Position numbers and translations under genes: made by a program | Notes under the pieces: model-generated | The model's input: the letters and a program-made list of their open reading frames with translations, nothing else | What the model was told of the DNA's origin: nothing | Databases searched by the model: none | Sequence record: OR062527 | Length of the DNA: 64,000 nt | Source: Escherichia phage vB_EcoM_11B_SA_NWU | Reading direction: 5' to 3' (one strand) | Part shown: in pieces, positions 38,291 through 47,596 of the stretch | Layout of the letters: each line of letters starts with the position of its first letter | Numbering within the stretch: position 1 is the stretch's first letter

Positions 38291-38617
38291 TTATACCTTA
38301 GTAATTTTCAGGTCTGCAAATTTTTTCTTGCGTTGATTTTTCATACGACGAATAGTTTTATCGGAAATTTCATGCTTTTGATAAGCTTTAGATTCTACAC
38401 CAAAAGCTTTAACATCAAATTCTGACAAGATATATTGAACCAACAATTCACGGACAGTATTGCGTCCAATCTTCTGATCATTCTGTTTCATCGTCTGATG
38501 AAGCTCTTTTTCCCATTTATCCAAAATTTGAGGAGTTACAATATCGCCTTTTTCTAGCAAAGAAACTACTTTATCATATGCGTAAGAATTAATGACGTTT
38601 TTAATTTGAATAGTCAT
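38291..38617 (-). CDS. small basic protein (108 aa)
   Basis: Minus-strand ORF; UUCG hairpin upstream. Confidence 0.5.
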   Translation of the reverse strand: MTIQIKNVINSYAYDKVVSLLEKGDIVTPQILDKWEKELHQTMKQNDQKIGRNTVRELLVQYILSEFDVKAFGVESKAYQKHEISDKTIRRMKNQRKKKFADLKITKV

Positions 38618-38650
38618 ACATTATCCTCAATTACGTTAAAATTTTATTAT

Positions 38651-38669
38651 CCAAAAAGGGCCGAAGCCC
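38651..38669 (-). terminator. terminator-like UUCG hairpin followed by a U-run
   Basis: AGGGC-UUCG-GCCCU then UUUUUGG on the minus strand. Confidence 0.6.
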
Positions 38670-38870
38670 TTAGCTAAACTTTTTGGCACCCTTCCAGCCT
38701 TCGTACATCATTGCAGCTGATATTAATATTGCTCCTGCGCATTTTGAATATTTGTGATTCCAAAACCAGTTCAGAAAAACTTCGTCATCAATACCTTGGG
38801 CTATCATATTTTCAAAGAACTGACGACGAGCTTCAGCAATTCGTTGTGATAATTTAGATTCAGGATTCAT
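38670..38870 (-). CDS. small protein (66 aa)
   Basis: Minus-strand ORF followed by a terminator-like hairpin. Confidence 0.5.
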   Translation of the reverse strand: MNPESKLSQRIAEARRQFFENMIAQGIDDEVFLNWFWNHKYSKCAGAILISAAMMYEGWKGAKKFS

Positions 38871-39002
38871 TTAAATTTTCCAGTTACCGTTTTCATCAAT
38901 GAATTTAATCCAGTCATTTACTGACCACTTGGTCGTATCGCCTTTTGGAGCAATATTTAAAGTGTATAATCCTTGTTTAAAAAGCATGCGTTTGATATTC
39001 AT
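38871..39002 (-). CDS. micro-ORF (43 aa; start moved to internal Met)
   Basis: GAGGAAA Shine-Dalgarno before the internal ATG; the upstream track extension overlaps its neighbour. Confidence 0.4.
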   Translation of the reverse strand: MNIKRMLFKQGLYTLNIAPKGDTTKWSVNDWIKFIDENGNWKI

Positions 39003-39009
39003 ATTTTCC

Positions 39010-39303
39010 TCAGCTGTAACGATAGCACTCGTTTGATTTACGCTTAGCAACTCGTTGAGAAGTATTGTAATCAAAATCATCGTCAATGTAAACTGATTTT
39101 TTCAACTTTCTTACTTCACCACGTAATTGACGATTTAACTCATCTTTAACTTCTGAATCAATGCCTTTCATTCTACGCCATTTATCAGAGCGAAAAATGT
39201 TTTCAACCATATCTTTATGACTTACACCATCAGGAGCTTTACGCTTTCCGAAATAGTCATAATCACGTACTTTTAAATCTTTACGACGATATGTTTTACC
39301 CAT
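39010..39303 (-). CDS. basic protein (97 aa; start at internal Met)
   Basis: ATGGGTAA overlap with the upstream micro-ORF stop. Confidence 0.45.
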   Translation of the reverse strand: MGKTYRRKDLKVRDYDYFGKRKAPDGVSHKDMVENIFRSDKWRRMKGIDSEVKDELNRQLRGEVRKLKKSVYIDDDFDYNTSQRVAKRKSNECYRYS

Positions 39304-39472
39304 GGAGTTTAATTTCCTTAGCAACTGAACTAAATACAGCACGGTCACAAATCATGTGTTTGTTCCATTTAAGTACAGTATAATGAACATCTAGATCATC
39401 TACTGCTGTAACAATAACAATATGTCCGTTAACACGATAATACTGATCCTTTTTAATCTCTTTATCAACCAT
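39296..39472 (-). CDS. micro-ORF (58 aa)
   Basis: Hand-translated MVDKEIKKDQYYRVNGHIVIV...; TGAGGA Shine-Dalgarno; early promoter at 39500-39532. Confidence 0.45.
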   Translation of the reverse strand: MVDKEIKKDQYYRVNGHIVIVTAVDDLDVHYTVLKWNKHMICDRAVFSSVAKEIKLHG

Positions 39473-39499
39473 ATCAAATCCTCAAAGGCAATTCATATG

Positions 39500-39532
39500 T
39501 TAATAATACCACAGTTTGAACTTCTTGTAAAC
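39500..39532 (-). promoter_or_regulatory. T4-type early promoter
   Basis: GTTTACAAGAAGTTCAAACTGTGGTATTAT. Confidence 0.5.
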
Positions 39533-39600
39533 AACTTTGTGAAAATTATTTTAGGGAACGATAAGAAGGGAACGATAGCTTAGAATGGTAATATACAGAA

Positions 39601-39627
39601 TGCGAGAAAGAAAGGCCCAGAGGGCCC
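39601..39627 (-). terminator. terminator-like hairpin after the NrdH-like gene
   Basis: GGCCC-UCU-GGGCC then UUUCUUUCU on the minus strand. Confidence 0.55.
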
Positions 39628-39630
39628 GTC

Positions 39631-39954
39631 TTAGTCTTCTATGATATCTCTATCATATCCAAGTGAAATGAGAGTTTCTTTGAAGTGTTTAATGTTCTTT
39701 TGTCTAGAATCATTGATGAAAATGACTGGATAACGAATGTTAAGAGATGTGAATCCAGCGCGTTTAGCAAGAGATACAATCAGTGGACGATCATACTCAA
39801 TCTTACCATTATTTGTAAGAACTTTATAGAAAGTAAAAGGAGCATTGAGCTCCTTTAGAAGTTTTGTAACTGATTGACATCCAGGACAACGACCTACTTC
39901 ATCTGGAATTCCATAGACTTCAATCTTATTCTTTAAGTTCGAGTTTTGTTCCAC
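39631..39954 (-). CDS. nrdH: glutaredoxin/NrdH-like redoxin (about 107 aa; start codon uncertain, possibly GTG)
   Basis: CPGC redox motif after KIEVYGIP; located beside nrdG/nrdD; the track N-terminal extension is implausible. Confidence 0.45.
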   Translation of the reverse strand: MEQNSNLKNKIEVYGIPDEVGRCPGCQSVTKLLKELNAPFTFYKVLTNNGKIEYDRPLIVSLAKRAGFTSLNIRYPVIFINDSRQKNIKHFKETLISLGYDRDIIED

Positions 39955-40237
39955 GAGAAATAATTCCTTGGTAAGCCCAATAAGGAGGATTAACAGAATC
40001 CTCACCAGAGTTTTCTTCAGGAAAATAAACCTGGATAACGAAGCCGGATTCATCAAAGGTAAAATAAACCGTAGGCAGTTCACCTAACAAATCGGCACGA
40101 GCGTTGATTTCTTCGAGGTCTTGTTCACGTCCAGCCCAGAAGCTTGGGTTCAGACTACATTCATAGAAATAATAGTCATTACCGAACATATCAAAACCAT
40201 TCCAACTCTCTACTACATACCGCTCAAAACTAATCAT
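39926..40237 (-). CDS. hypothetical acidic protein (103 aa)
   Basis: Minus-strand ORF. Confidence 0.5.
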   Translation of the reverse strand: MISFERYVVESWNGFDMFGNDYYFYECSLNPSFWAGREQDLEEINARADLLGELPTVYFTFDESGFVIQVYFPEENSGEDSVNPPYWAYQGIISRGTKLELKE

Positions 40238-40239
40238 AA

Positions 40240-40455
40240 TTAATCCTTTTTATCAAGAACCGCATTCAGCTTGTTAGTAATTTTATCCAGACGCTCATTG
40301 AACTCACTAGAAGATAAGCCCTTTTCTGGAGAAATTAAACTAATCACGAAAAATACAACAATAAAAGGAATAAGAAAAATAGCTCCAACTGCCATAAACA
40401 GAAAGAACGTTACAGTTGTAAGAAAATCAGCTAAACCTTTACGAAATTTATACAT
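40240..40455 (-). CDS. small membrane protein (71 aa)
   Basis: Two hydrophobic segments. Confidence 0.5.
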   Translation of the reverse strand: MYKFRKGLADFLTTVTFFLFMAVGAIFLIPFIVVFFVISLISPEKGLSSSEFNERLDKITNKLNAVLDKKD

Positions 40456-40570
40456 ATTTTACCCTTAATTGATTAACCAAGCATTAATAAGCACTAAACT
40501 ATATTGCGAATAAAATTCTGGACCAAAATGAAAAATCATATCATTTATAGTGTCCATAATATAATTCAAT

Positions 40571-41041
40571 TTAATCATGTTTCCACACCCCATCGGTATT
40601 TGACCAAAGTCGCTGATTATCTGATCCTCGCCACAGCTTTTTAGTCGGAAGATTTTTCTCATACTTCCCATCAATAATAACATCAACATATTTAAGCATT
40701 TCTAGTTGTTTAATATCTTCAAACTTATATCCTGTCCACAACCAAATGCTTTTATTGGGATAAAGATTTTTTACTGTTTGAACCACAGAGTGAATCACGT
40801 CTCTGTTATCAGGATAAAGAGGGTCACCTCCGGTTATAGTTAATCCTTCTATATAATCATTATTCAAACATTCAATCAATTGTTCTAGTGTTTCACCAGT
40901 AAATGGAATACCATTTCTAGCATTCCATGTTGATTTATTATAACACCCTTCGCATTTATGCAAACAACCTGTAACGAAAAGAACGGCCCTGCATCCAGGG
41001 CCATTCACAAAATCGCAAGGATAAAATCTATCATAATTCAT
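40571..41041 (-). CDS. nrdG: anaerobic ribonucleotide reductase activating protein NrdG (156 aa), radical SAM
   Basis: CxxxCxxC cluster (CLHKCEGC); 156 aa; directly downstream of nrdD. Confidence 0.9.
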   Translation of the reverse strand: MNYDRFYPCDFVNGPGCRAVLFVTGCLHKCEGCYNKSTWNARNGIPFTGETLEQLIECLNNDYIEGLTITGGDPLYPDNRDVIHSVVQTVKNLYPNKSIWLWTGYKFEDIKQLEMLKYVDVIIDGKYEKNLPTKKLWRGSDNQRLWSNTDGVWKHD

Positions 41042-42855
41042 TGGTGTTTAACCCTATGCATGATTTCTTTATTTTTACCGAGATTAAATCCGCGTTCGTT
41101 CGGATTTCCAAGATAACCGCATGTTCTTCTTATTGTATTCATCTTTTTAGGATCAGTTTCTCCACAAATAGAACAAACAAATCCGTTTTCAGTAGGAGTC
41201 ATTTCATGTGTACTTCCGCATGTAAAACATTTATCTACTGGCATGTTAACACCAAAATAATCTAAATGTTGTGCAGCATAATCCCATACAGCCTCAAGAC
41301 CTTTTAAGTTATTTTTCATATCAGGAAGTTCAACATAAGAAATGTGACCACCTGTCGCAATGAAATGATATGGTGCTTCGCGAGAAATCTTTTCAAACGG
41401 GGTGATATTTTCTTCTACTGAAACGTGGAAACTGTTAGTGTACCAGCCTTTATCAGTAACATCCTTTACACTTCCATATTTTTCGGTATCAAGTTTACAG
41501 AAGCGATAACAAAGGTTTTCAGCAGGTGTAGAATACAAGCTAAAAGCAAAACCGGTTCTTTCAGTCCACTGCTTAAGACGAGCATTCATTTTAGTTAAAA
41601 TTTCTTGTCCAATATCACGACCGACAAGAATATTCAATTCGTGAATACCAATGTATCCTAGGGACACTGAACTTCTGCCGTTTTTAAATAACTCAATTAT
41701 ATCGTCATCATGTTTAAGACGAACCCCGAATGCACCTTCTTGATAAAGAATAGGAGCAACAGTAGCTTTAACTCCTTTTAAGGAACTAATTCTACACATC
41801 AAAGCTTCAAAACATAAATCCATTCGTTCATTGAATAATTCAGCAAATTTCTGTTCATTGAACTGTGTTCCAATATAAGAATCTAACGCAATACGAGGAA
41901 GATTCAGTGTTACAACACCAAGATTATTACGTCCATCAAGAATTTCATTACCAGTCGAATCTTTCCATACGCTCAAGAAACTACGACATCCCATTGGAGA
42001 AACAGGAATAGATGAGCCGGTGATAGCTTTATTGTTCTTAGCTGAAATAATATCAGGATACATTCTTTTGCTTGCGCACTCTAGAGCAAGCTGCTTAATA
42101 TCATAGTTCGGATCGTCTTTGTAAAGATTAACACCTTCTTCAACGAACATAACGAGCTTAGGAAAAATAGGAGTTATCCCATCACGACCGAGACCTTTAA
42201 TGCGATTTTTCAGAATTGCTTTCTGAATCATTCGTTCAGTCCAGTCAGTTCCCGTACCAAATGTAATTGTTACAAAAGGCGTTTGTCCGTTTGAACTAAA
42301 GAGAGTATTTACTTCATATTCATAAGCTTGGAATGCATCGTATACGTCTTTTTCTGTTTTAGATTGGGCATAATTCAACGCATCAGCGATTTGCCATTTT
42401 TCTGCATCCTCAATATGTTTTGCATAGGTGCGTTTAACATAAGGAGAAAGTACTTTATCTACATTCGCAAAAGTCGTTCCGCCATATTGATGAGAAGCAA
42501 CTTGTGCAGTAATTTGTGCCATAATTGCAGTAGCAACACCGATTGATTTAGGAGTTTCAATCTGTGCATTGCCGAGCTTAAATCCGTTTTCAAGCATTCC
42601 TTTTAAATCTACTAAACAGCAATTAGTAAATGGAAGAGCAGGGGAATAATCAATATCATGGAAATGAATAATTCCGCTTTCATGCGCTTTCATAATAAAA
42701 GACGGGACCATATTTTTGGCAATGTGCTTAGACACAATACCAGCCATAAGGTCCCGTTGAGTTGGAAAAACACGAGAATCTTTATTAGCATTCTCGTTCA
42801 AAAGGTCTTTATTAGTTTTATGAATCAATCCTTCAATTTCTTTTTCAATTGTCAT
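41038..42855 (-). CDS. nrdD: anaerobic ribonucleotide reductase NrdD (605 aa), uninterrupted
   Basis: Glycyl-radical motif RTCGYLG near the C-terminus; single continuous 605-codon ORF (no intron). Confidence 0.9.
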   Translation of the reverse strand: MTIEKEIEGLIHKTNKDLLNENANKDSRVFPTQRDLMAGIVSKHIAKNMVPSFIMKAHESGIIHFHDIDYSPALPFTNCCLVDLKGMLENGFKLGNAQIETPKSIGVATAIMAQITAQVASHQYGGTTFANVDKVLSPYVKRTYAKHIEDAEKWQIADALNYAQSKTEKDVYDAFQAYEYEVNTLFSSNGQTPFVTITFGTGTDWTERMIQKAILKNRIKGLGRDGITPIFPKLVMFVEEGVNLYKDDPNYDIKQLALECASKRMYPDIISAKNNKAITGSSIPVSPMGCRSFLSVWKDSTGNEILDGRNNLGVVTLNLPRIALDSYIGTQFNEQKFAELFNERMDLCFEALMCRISSLKGVKATVAPILYQEGAFGVRLKHDDDIIELFKNGRSSVSLGYIGIHELNILVGRDIGQEILTKMNARLKQWTERTGFAFSLYSTPAENLCYRFCKLDTEKYGSVKDVTDKGWYTNSFHVSVEENITPFEKISREAPYHFIATGGHISYVELPDMKNNLKGLEAVWDYAAQHLDYFGVNMPVDKCFTCGSTHEMTPTENGFVCSICGETDPKKMNTIRRTCGYLGNPNERGFNLGKNKEIMHRVKHQ

Positions 42856-43325
42856 TTTAAACTCTTTCTAAGCTGCTTCTTAAATGAAGCTATTAATTGT
42901 GTTTTAGTGTCAGATTCATTATATTCAAATCCTCTTTGAAGCATCTCAGCCATCATTTCCTCTTTTCCTAAACGAGAAAATTCCTTTGATTTATCTCCAA
43001 CGAAGTTAGGGTGAATATTATTTTGGGTGTAATCGGATTTTAAATAAGTAAGTAAATTTTCTAACCATTCAAGATAATCAACACCTTGTCCCTTTAAGCC
43101 AGAACGATTAAATTTATGCTTCATTTGACCTTCTGCGGCATTGCAGAGATTACAAAGCAATCCACGCACCTTTCCTGCTTTTGGTCCATTTAATTCATGG
43201 TCATGGTCGAGGTGATTAGCTTGAACGTCAGGATTTAGTTCTCGTTGGCAAATTAAGCATTTACCATTTTGTGCATTATAAAATTTTTGTTTTTCTTCTT
43301 TGTATAATTTGCCAGTCAATAACAT
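42852..43325 (-). CDS. 49: endonuclease VII gp49 (157 aa)
   Basis: Zinc-binding CLICQ...HLDHDH...CNLCN motifs; 157 aa. Confidence 0.9.
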   Translation of the reverse strand: MLLTGKLYKEEKQKFYNAQNGKCLICQRELNPDVQANHLDHDHELNGPKAGKVRGLLCNLCNAAEGQMKHKFNRSGLKGQGVDYLEWLENLLTYLKSDYTQNNIHPNFVGDKSKEFSRLGKEEMMAEMLQRGFEYNESDTKTQLIASFKKQLRKSLK

Positions 43326-43374
43326 AATAAAATCCTTACCTTAAATAGATAAGGGTATTTATTATTTTCAAGTA

Positions 43375-43839
43375 TTAAAATGCTCGGTCAGAAAAAGAAA
43401 TTTGAGTTTCAAGCCATTCAATATATTCTGCCGCAGCTTGCATCAAATTTCCTTCGTAATCATCAATATCTTTTTTCAACGCCGATTTAGCTAATGCGTA
43501 TGAAATACGTTCACCTTGAAAACCGGCTTTAGGCTTCTGAACAACTTGATTAGTTCGCTCTACAACTTCTTCAATTTCGCCATTTTCGACTGATTCAGTA
43601 TTCCACAAACACCAATACGTAATTGGCTTATCGTAGATGTTAATAATCTTTCCATCAGAAAGTTCAATTTCAATAATTCCAGTATCAGGTTCTATATCAT
43701 CTTCACATTCTTTTGCAAGTTCACGAACTTTAAAGACAGTACCTGCACTAAGTTCCGGCCAGTAATTACACAGCCCTGTATCAGCACGATTAATTCTAAA
43801 CCACTTATCTACTGTAATCATGTCCCATCTCCATATCAA
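43375..43839 (-). CDS. pin-region protein (about 150 aa; start at Met1 or Met7)
   Basis: ORF upstream of 49, in the position of T4 pin. Confidence 0.4.
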   Translation of the reverse strand: MIWRWDMITVDKWFRINRADTGLCNYWPELSAGTVFKVRELAKECEDDIEPDTGIIEIELSDGKIINIYDKPITYWCLWNTESVENGEIEEVVERTNQVVQKPKAGFQGERISYALAKSALKKDIDDYEGNLMQAAAEYIEWLETQISFSDRAF

Positions 43840-43960
43840 TTAAGTCATTTATCGTTGGTTCATTATACACCGTTTCTTCATCAGTGTAAACCGGTTCTTC
43901 CGGCTCTGGCTCTACAGTTTCCCATCTAGCCGCCCACCAAGGTTTTATAGCGTAATCCAT
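43805..43960 (-). CDS. acidic micro-ORF (51 aa) in a locally GC-rich stretch, weak support
   Basis: Hand-translated MDYAIKPWWAARWETVEPEPEEP...; overlaps both neighbours. Confidence 0.3.
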   Translation of the reverse strand: MDYAIKPWWAARWETVEPEPEEPVYTDEETVYNEPTINDLIDMEMGHDYSR

Positions 43961-44265
43961 TCTCGTACTATCTGAGTTACTACACGTTCCCGGGGCTCGA
44001 CTAGTTCAACAGTCGGAACTGCATAATACCAGTCAGAATGGTAAGAACCCGAACGGCATTCATTTACGGAAACATGTACGTTATGTTTTGGACTAAAATA
44101 AACACACTGACGATATTGGCATTTACCATCTTGCACCCAGTCTTCTATTTCGACAGGTTTAAGATAATCGGAAAAATCGAAATCATAGTTTTCTGAAAAT
44201 GCATCATGGTCTTCAATGATTTCACTCAGAACTGCATCAACATCTAATTTATTTTCAATAGTCAT
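43945..44265 (-). CDS. hypothetical protein (106 aa)
   Basis: Minus-strand ORF. Confidence 0.5.
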   Translation of the reverse strand: MTIENKLDVDAVLSEIIEDHDAFSENYDFDFSDYLKPVEIEDWVQDGKCQYRQCVYFSPKHNVHVSVNECRSGSYHSDWYYAVPTVELVEPRERVVTQIVREWITL

Positions 44266-44275
44266 TTTTCACCAA

Positions 44276-44485
44276 TTAATTTCGCAATTTATTAAGTTCT
44301 TCATAATCAATCCAGGATTCTAATCCTGATGGCAAATCAGATTCAATTTCCCAAAGAAGTTCTTCAATTTTATGAAGACGATCTAGTTCTTCAGCAGGAA
44401 TAGTAACCATTGACGGAGCTCTTGCTACATTAATATCGTAAATCATATTTACCCCAGTTTGACCATACAATCGCCGTATTTCCAC
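44276..44485 (-). CDS. small protein (69 aa)
   Basis: Minus-strand ORF. Confidence 0.5.
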   Translation of the reverse strand: MEIRRLYGQTGVNMIYDINVARAPSMVTIPAEELDRLHKIEELLWEIESDLPSGLESWIDYEELNKLRN

Positions 44486-44664
44486 TTAGAAATAGACTTT
44501 TCACCGTTAGAATAATAAACTTCAAGTTTAGCACGATTATTTTTAATTTGAATAACCTTTGCTGTCATCAAAGTTCCATACCCATAATAAACTGCAACTT
44601 CATCACCTACATATACCGCGCTTCCGCGGTAATCGTGAATATAGTCAGTTCCTTCGAGCATCAT
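44449..44664 (-). CDS. small protein (71 aa)
   Basis: Minus-strand ORF. Confidence 0.5.
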   Translation of the reverse strand: MMLEGTDYIHDYRGSAVYVGDEVAVYYGYGTLMTAKVIQIKNNRAKLEVYYSNGEKSISKWKYGDCMVKLG

Positions 44665-44924
44665 TTAAAATATTCTCGCAGTTGGTCAAATCCACCAATA
44701 TGACTTCCATCAGGAGCAAATACTTGTGGCATTGTCAAACCAATTTGAGTATCACGGCCTAGTTTAGTCAGAAGCTCAGCGATTTTTTCATCATCAAAAA
44801 CACCTTTTTCCGGCATAATGTTGATAAATTCAAACGGCTGTTTCTTCACGGTCAAAAGACGTTTTGCATTATCACAATACACACATTTATGGATGTTGCT
44901 ATCATAACCATATACTTTAAACAT
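44661..44924 (-). CDS. nrdC: thioredoxin/glutaredoxin NrdC (87 aa)
   Basis: CVYC active site; 87 aa as T4 NrdC. Confidence 0.85.
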   Translation of the reverse strand: MFKVYGYDSNIHKCVYCDNAKRLLTVKKQPFEFINIMPEKGVFDDEKIAELLTKLGRDTQIGLTMPQVFAPDGSHIGGFDQLREYFK

Positions 44925-44925
44925 A

Positions 44926-45204
44926 TTATTCCTTAATTCCTAGTACTTGTTTAAAAGTCTCGTCGTAATCAAGACTTTGGCCCGTTTGTTCTTTATGTTT
45001 GTATATAATATCACTTACTTCTGATAGCATATTTTTATATGAACGAGTTAAAGCAGATTTAAGCACGCTGTATCTATCAGGAAATTTACCATGTTCATTA
45101 TAATAAGCTATTGCTAATTCACGGACTGCCTTTTCAGCAGCCTCCATATATTCTTTACGCTTGGTCATTTTAATCCAAAATATTATTAGGCATTGGTTGA
45201 ACAC
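44926..45204 (-). CDS. nrdC.1-like protein (92 aa)
   Basis: Minus-strand ORF. Confidence 0.5.
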   Translation of the reverse strand: MFNQCLIIFWIKMTKRKEYMEAAEKAVRELAIAYYNEHGKFPDRYSVLKSALTRSYKNMLSEVSDIIYKHKEQTGQSLDYDETFKQVLGIKE

Positions 45205-45559
45205 TCACAAGTTCTTTAAAGAACTCAGTAGAGTCAGGCAATTTAACCATTTCCGGAGCATGCTTACTGAATTTATGTTTACATTGACGGCATTTATATT
45301 CAAGCTCTGGTTTACGCCAGTTAATCAATTGAACTTGTTCAGTACCGCATTCAGGGCAATTAGGAACGTTTTTAGAAGCTCTTTCACGTCGTTCAACCAT
45401 AGCCATAATAGCATCCCATGCTGGAGGTTTAAAATCTAAATCGTCGCAGCCGTGAATCTTTCCACGCATTTCCAAATCGTCTTCTTCACCAGCCATAATA
45501 ATTTTAATTAGACTAGAATTACTTGAAGCTGCAATGTCTTCTAATAAACGCTTTTTCAT
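45170..45559 (-). CDS. nrdC.2-like zinc-ribbon protein (129 aa)
   Basis: CPECG...CRQCKH motifs. Confidence 0.5.
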   Translation of the reverse strand: MKKRLLEDIAASSNSSLIKIIMAGEEDDLEMRGKIHGCDDLDFKPPAWDAIMAMVERRERASKNVPNCPECGTEQVQLINWRKPELEYKCRQCKHKFSKHAPEMVKLPDSTEFFKELVSVQPMPNNILD

Positions 45560-46485
45560 TTCAATACCTCAATAGCATTACGTAAACCATTTGCTTTTGC
45601 ATTAAGAGCTTTTAACAATTTGGTGTGTTCTGCAATTTGGGCTTCAACTTCAATCAAACGGGCATTGAGATATTCACGTTCTTCACTCAAATTATCAACC
45701 TTTTCTACTTTAGGCTCTTTTACAACTGTCTTATATGTATTAGGGTTCTTCAGTTTAATTAGAATGCGTGAACTGTATAACATTGAACCATTATCTTCGG
45801 TTTCGTCATACATTTCCACTACGTCCATAATTTTTAACATCATGCGGAGTTTATAAGACAACGAACGAATAGTTTTGTTGTGCTTATTAATTTCTTTAGC
45901 TGTCATGGTGCCAAGATTACGTGAGTAATAATAAGGAACCTGGATATTAATTAATACTGATGAACCACCTGGCTTGTGTGTTACTTCATCAGCAATAACC
46001 CAGTCCTTAACATGAACTGTATTTGTACGGTCATCGCCCGCGGTAAATAGTTTGCGAGCATGCTTAAAAAGCATATTCACTTGGTCATTGAATTGACAAG
46101 CAAATTTATCAGCAAATTTAGTTTCAGGAATGGTAGAAAACCAATCAGCCAAATGAGTCTTTTTAACATCATTAACAATAGTAAATTCAACAAAATCGGT
46201 TATAGATGTCTCAGATTTAATGAAGCTCGGCTTCATAAAGTTTTTAATGTTCTCATGAGCTACAGTAGAAGATAACATACGAGAACGTTTAAACCATTCA
46301 AGCAAATTGCCTAACGAATGAGAATAAGCGTTTTGAGTATCTTTACAGATATGATTTTCCTGACCAACATATTGAAGGAAATCACGAAGAATATTATTGA
46401 TTACTGCTCTGTGCCCGATCTGATAATTACGGTGTTTAGTAATAAGACTGTCAAAATAATCAATATAATGTTTACGAGTTTTCAT
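45556..46485 (-). CDS. nrdC-block protein with C-terminal coiled coil (309 aa)
   Basis: First of four consecutive 300-340 aa ORFs with coiled-coil tails. Confidence 0.6.
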   Translation of the reverse strand: MKTRKHYIDYFDSLITKHRNYQIGHRAVINNILRDFLQYVGQENHICKDTQNAYSHSLGNLLEWFKRSRMLSSTVAHENIKNFMKPSFIKSETSITDFVEFTIVNDVKKTHLADWFSTIPETKFADKFACQFNDQVNMLFKHARKLFTAGDDRTNTVHVKDWVIADEVTHKPGGSSVLINIQVPYYYSRNLGTMTAKEINKHNKTIRSLSYKLRMMLKIMDVVEMYDETEDNGSMLYSSRILIKLKNPNTYKTVVKEPKVEKVDNLSEEREYLNARLIEVEAQIAEHTKLLKALNAKANGLRNAIEVLK

Positions 46486-46539
46486 GTTCTTCTCACTTGG
46501 TTAATGATTTATACTCCGAGCCATCCTTGGCTTTAAATT

Positions 46540-47538
46540 TTACTTAATTAACTGTAAAGCCTGTTCTAAACGATCAAGACGATTAACAGATTCTTCCCAA
46601 ATCCTTTTAGCCTGCTCATATTCTTTCTGCGCTTTATTAGAAATTTCTAGAACTTCTTTATAAGCTTTTTCTAATGCAATAACTTCTGGACGAATTTCTA
46701 CCGGTTCAGGTGAATCATCAAGATTATTCATTAGTTCCTCAAGGGTAGTTTCTTCTTTAGGAGTATTCACAATTTCCTCACATTTTTGTTGATAAATTTC
46801 TTTATCAGTAGGTGAATAAGCACATTTCACTTCACGAAGACTAATTACAATTTTATATCCTTCCCATCCGCATATATTCTTAAAAGGATATGTATGAATA
46901 TTTTCTACTGTTTCCATACAAAGTAATGCAGTCTCTAACTGACGAGTTATAGTGCTAGCAATTGAGAAAAATTTATTAATATTCTTTTGGTTAGCGTTTG
47001 GTGTAAAAAATCCATAATTCACAAAAATAGCTACTTTATTTTCATCAAGCTCATATTCTTTTACGATAATCATATCAGAAGCCAAAGGATGAATTTGACG
47101 ATAATCGCCATAACATAATTTAGAAGCTGATTTTAGAATTTGTCCTTTGAAAAGTCTGAAATTACTAATCCAACGGCGAGTAAAAATATTCTCAGGGTCT
47201 TCTTTATTAAGATGATAAGAATTAACATCACCGAACCAATTATATCCTACTACATCTTTGGTTCGTTTAATTTCTTTCCCAAAATTACCAAGAATATCCC
47301 GATTAACCAAATATGAAAGAAGACGAGACTCTTTAAAGGTTTTCTTGATAACATCTTTATCTACACGGCTAGAAATTTTACGAATTTCATGAATAAATTT
47401 AGCAGAAGAAACAATACTTGCATCAACACTATTGAGCCACTGATTGATAATAGAAAGAACGCTATTTTGGCCAAACATCGGTATAGCTTTATCATCAATA
47501 ACTCTATTGAATGATTTAATATATTCGTTGCGAGTCAT
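46540..47538 (-). CDS. nrdC-block protein with C-terminal coiled coil (about 332 aa; start at Met11)
   Basis: GAGGAG Shine-Dalgarno before the ATG at 47538; Met1 lies inside the promoter at 47566-47596. Confidence 0.55.
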   Translation of the reverse strand: MTRNEYIKSFNRVIDDKAIPMFGQNSVLSIINQWLNSVDASIVSSAKFIHEIRKISSRVDKDVIKKTFKESRLLSYLVNRDILGNFGKEIKRTKDVVGYNWFGDVNSYHLNKEDPENIFTRRWISNFRLFKGQILKSASKLCYGDYRQIHPLASDMIIVKEYELDENKVAIFVNYGFFTPNANQKNINKFFSIASTITRQLETALLCMETVENIHTYPFKNICGWEGYKIVISLREVKCAYSPTDKEIYQQKCEEIVNTPKEETTLEELMNNLDDSPEPVEIRPEVIALEKAYKEVLEISNKAQKEYEQAKRIWEESVNRLDRLEQALQLIK

Positions 47539-47565
47539 ATTAATCTCCTCAGTAGAAAGTAAGAA

Positions 47566-47596
47566 CATTATACCACATCCTTGTGGCGAAGTAAAC
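47566..47596 (-). promoter_or_regulatory. T4-type early promoter, near-copy of the one at 2417-2448
   Basis: GTTTACTTCGCCACAAGGATGTGGTATAAT; shares CCACAAGGATGTGGTA with the rIIA.1 promoter. Confidence 0.55.
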
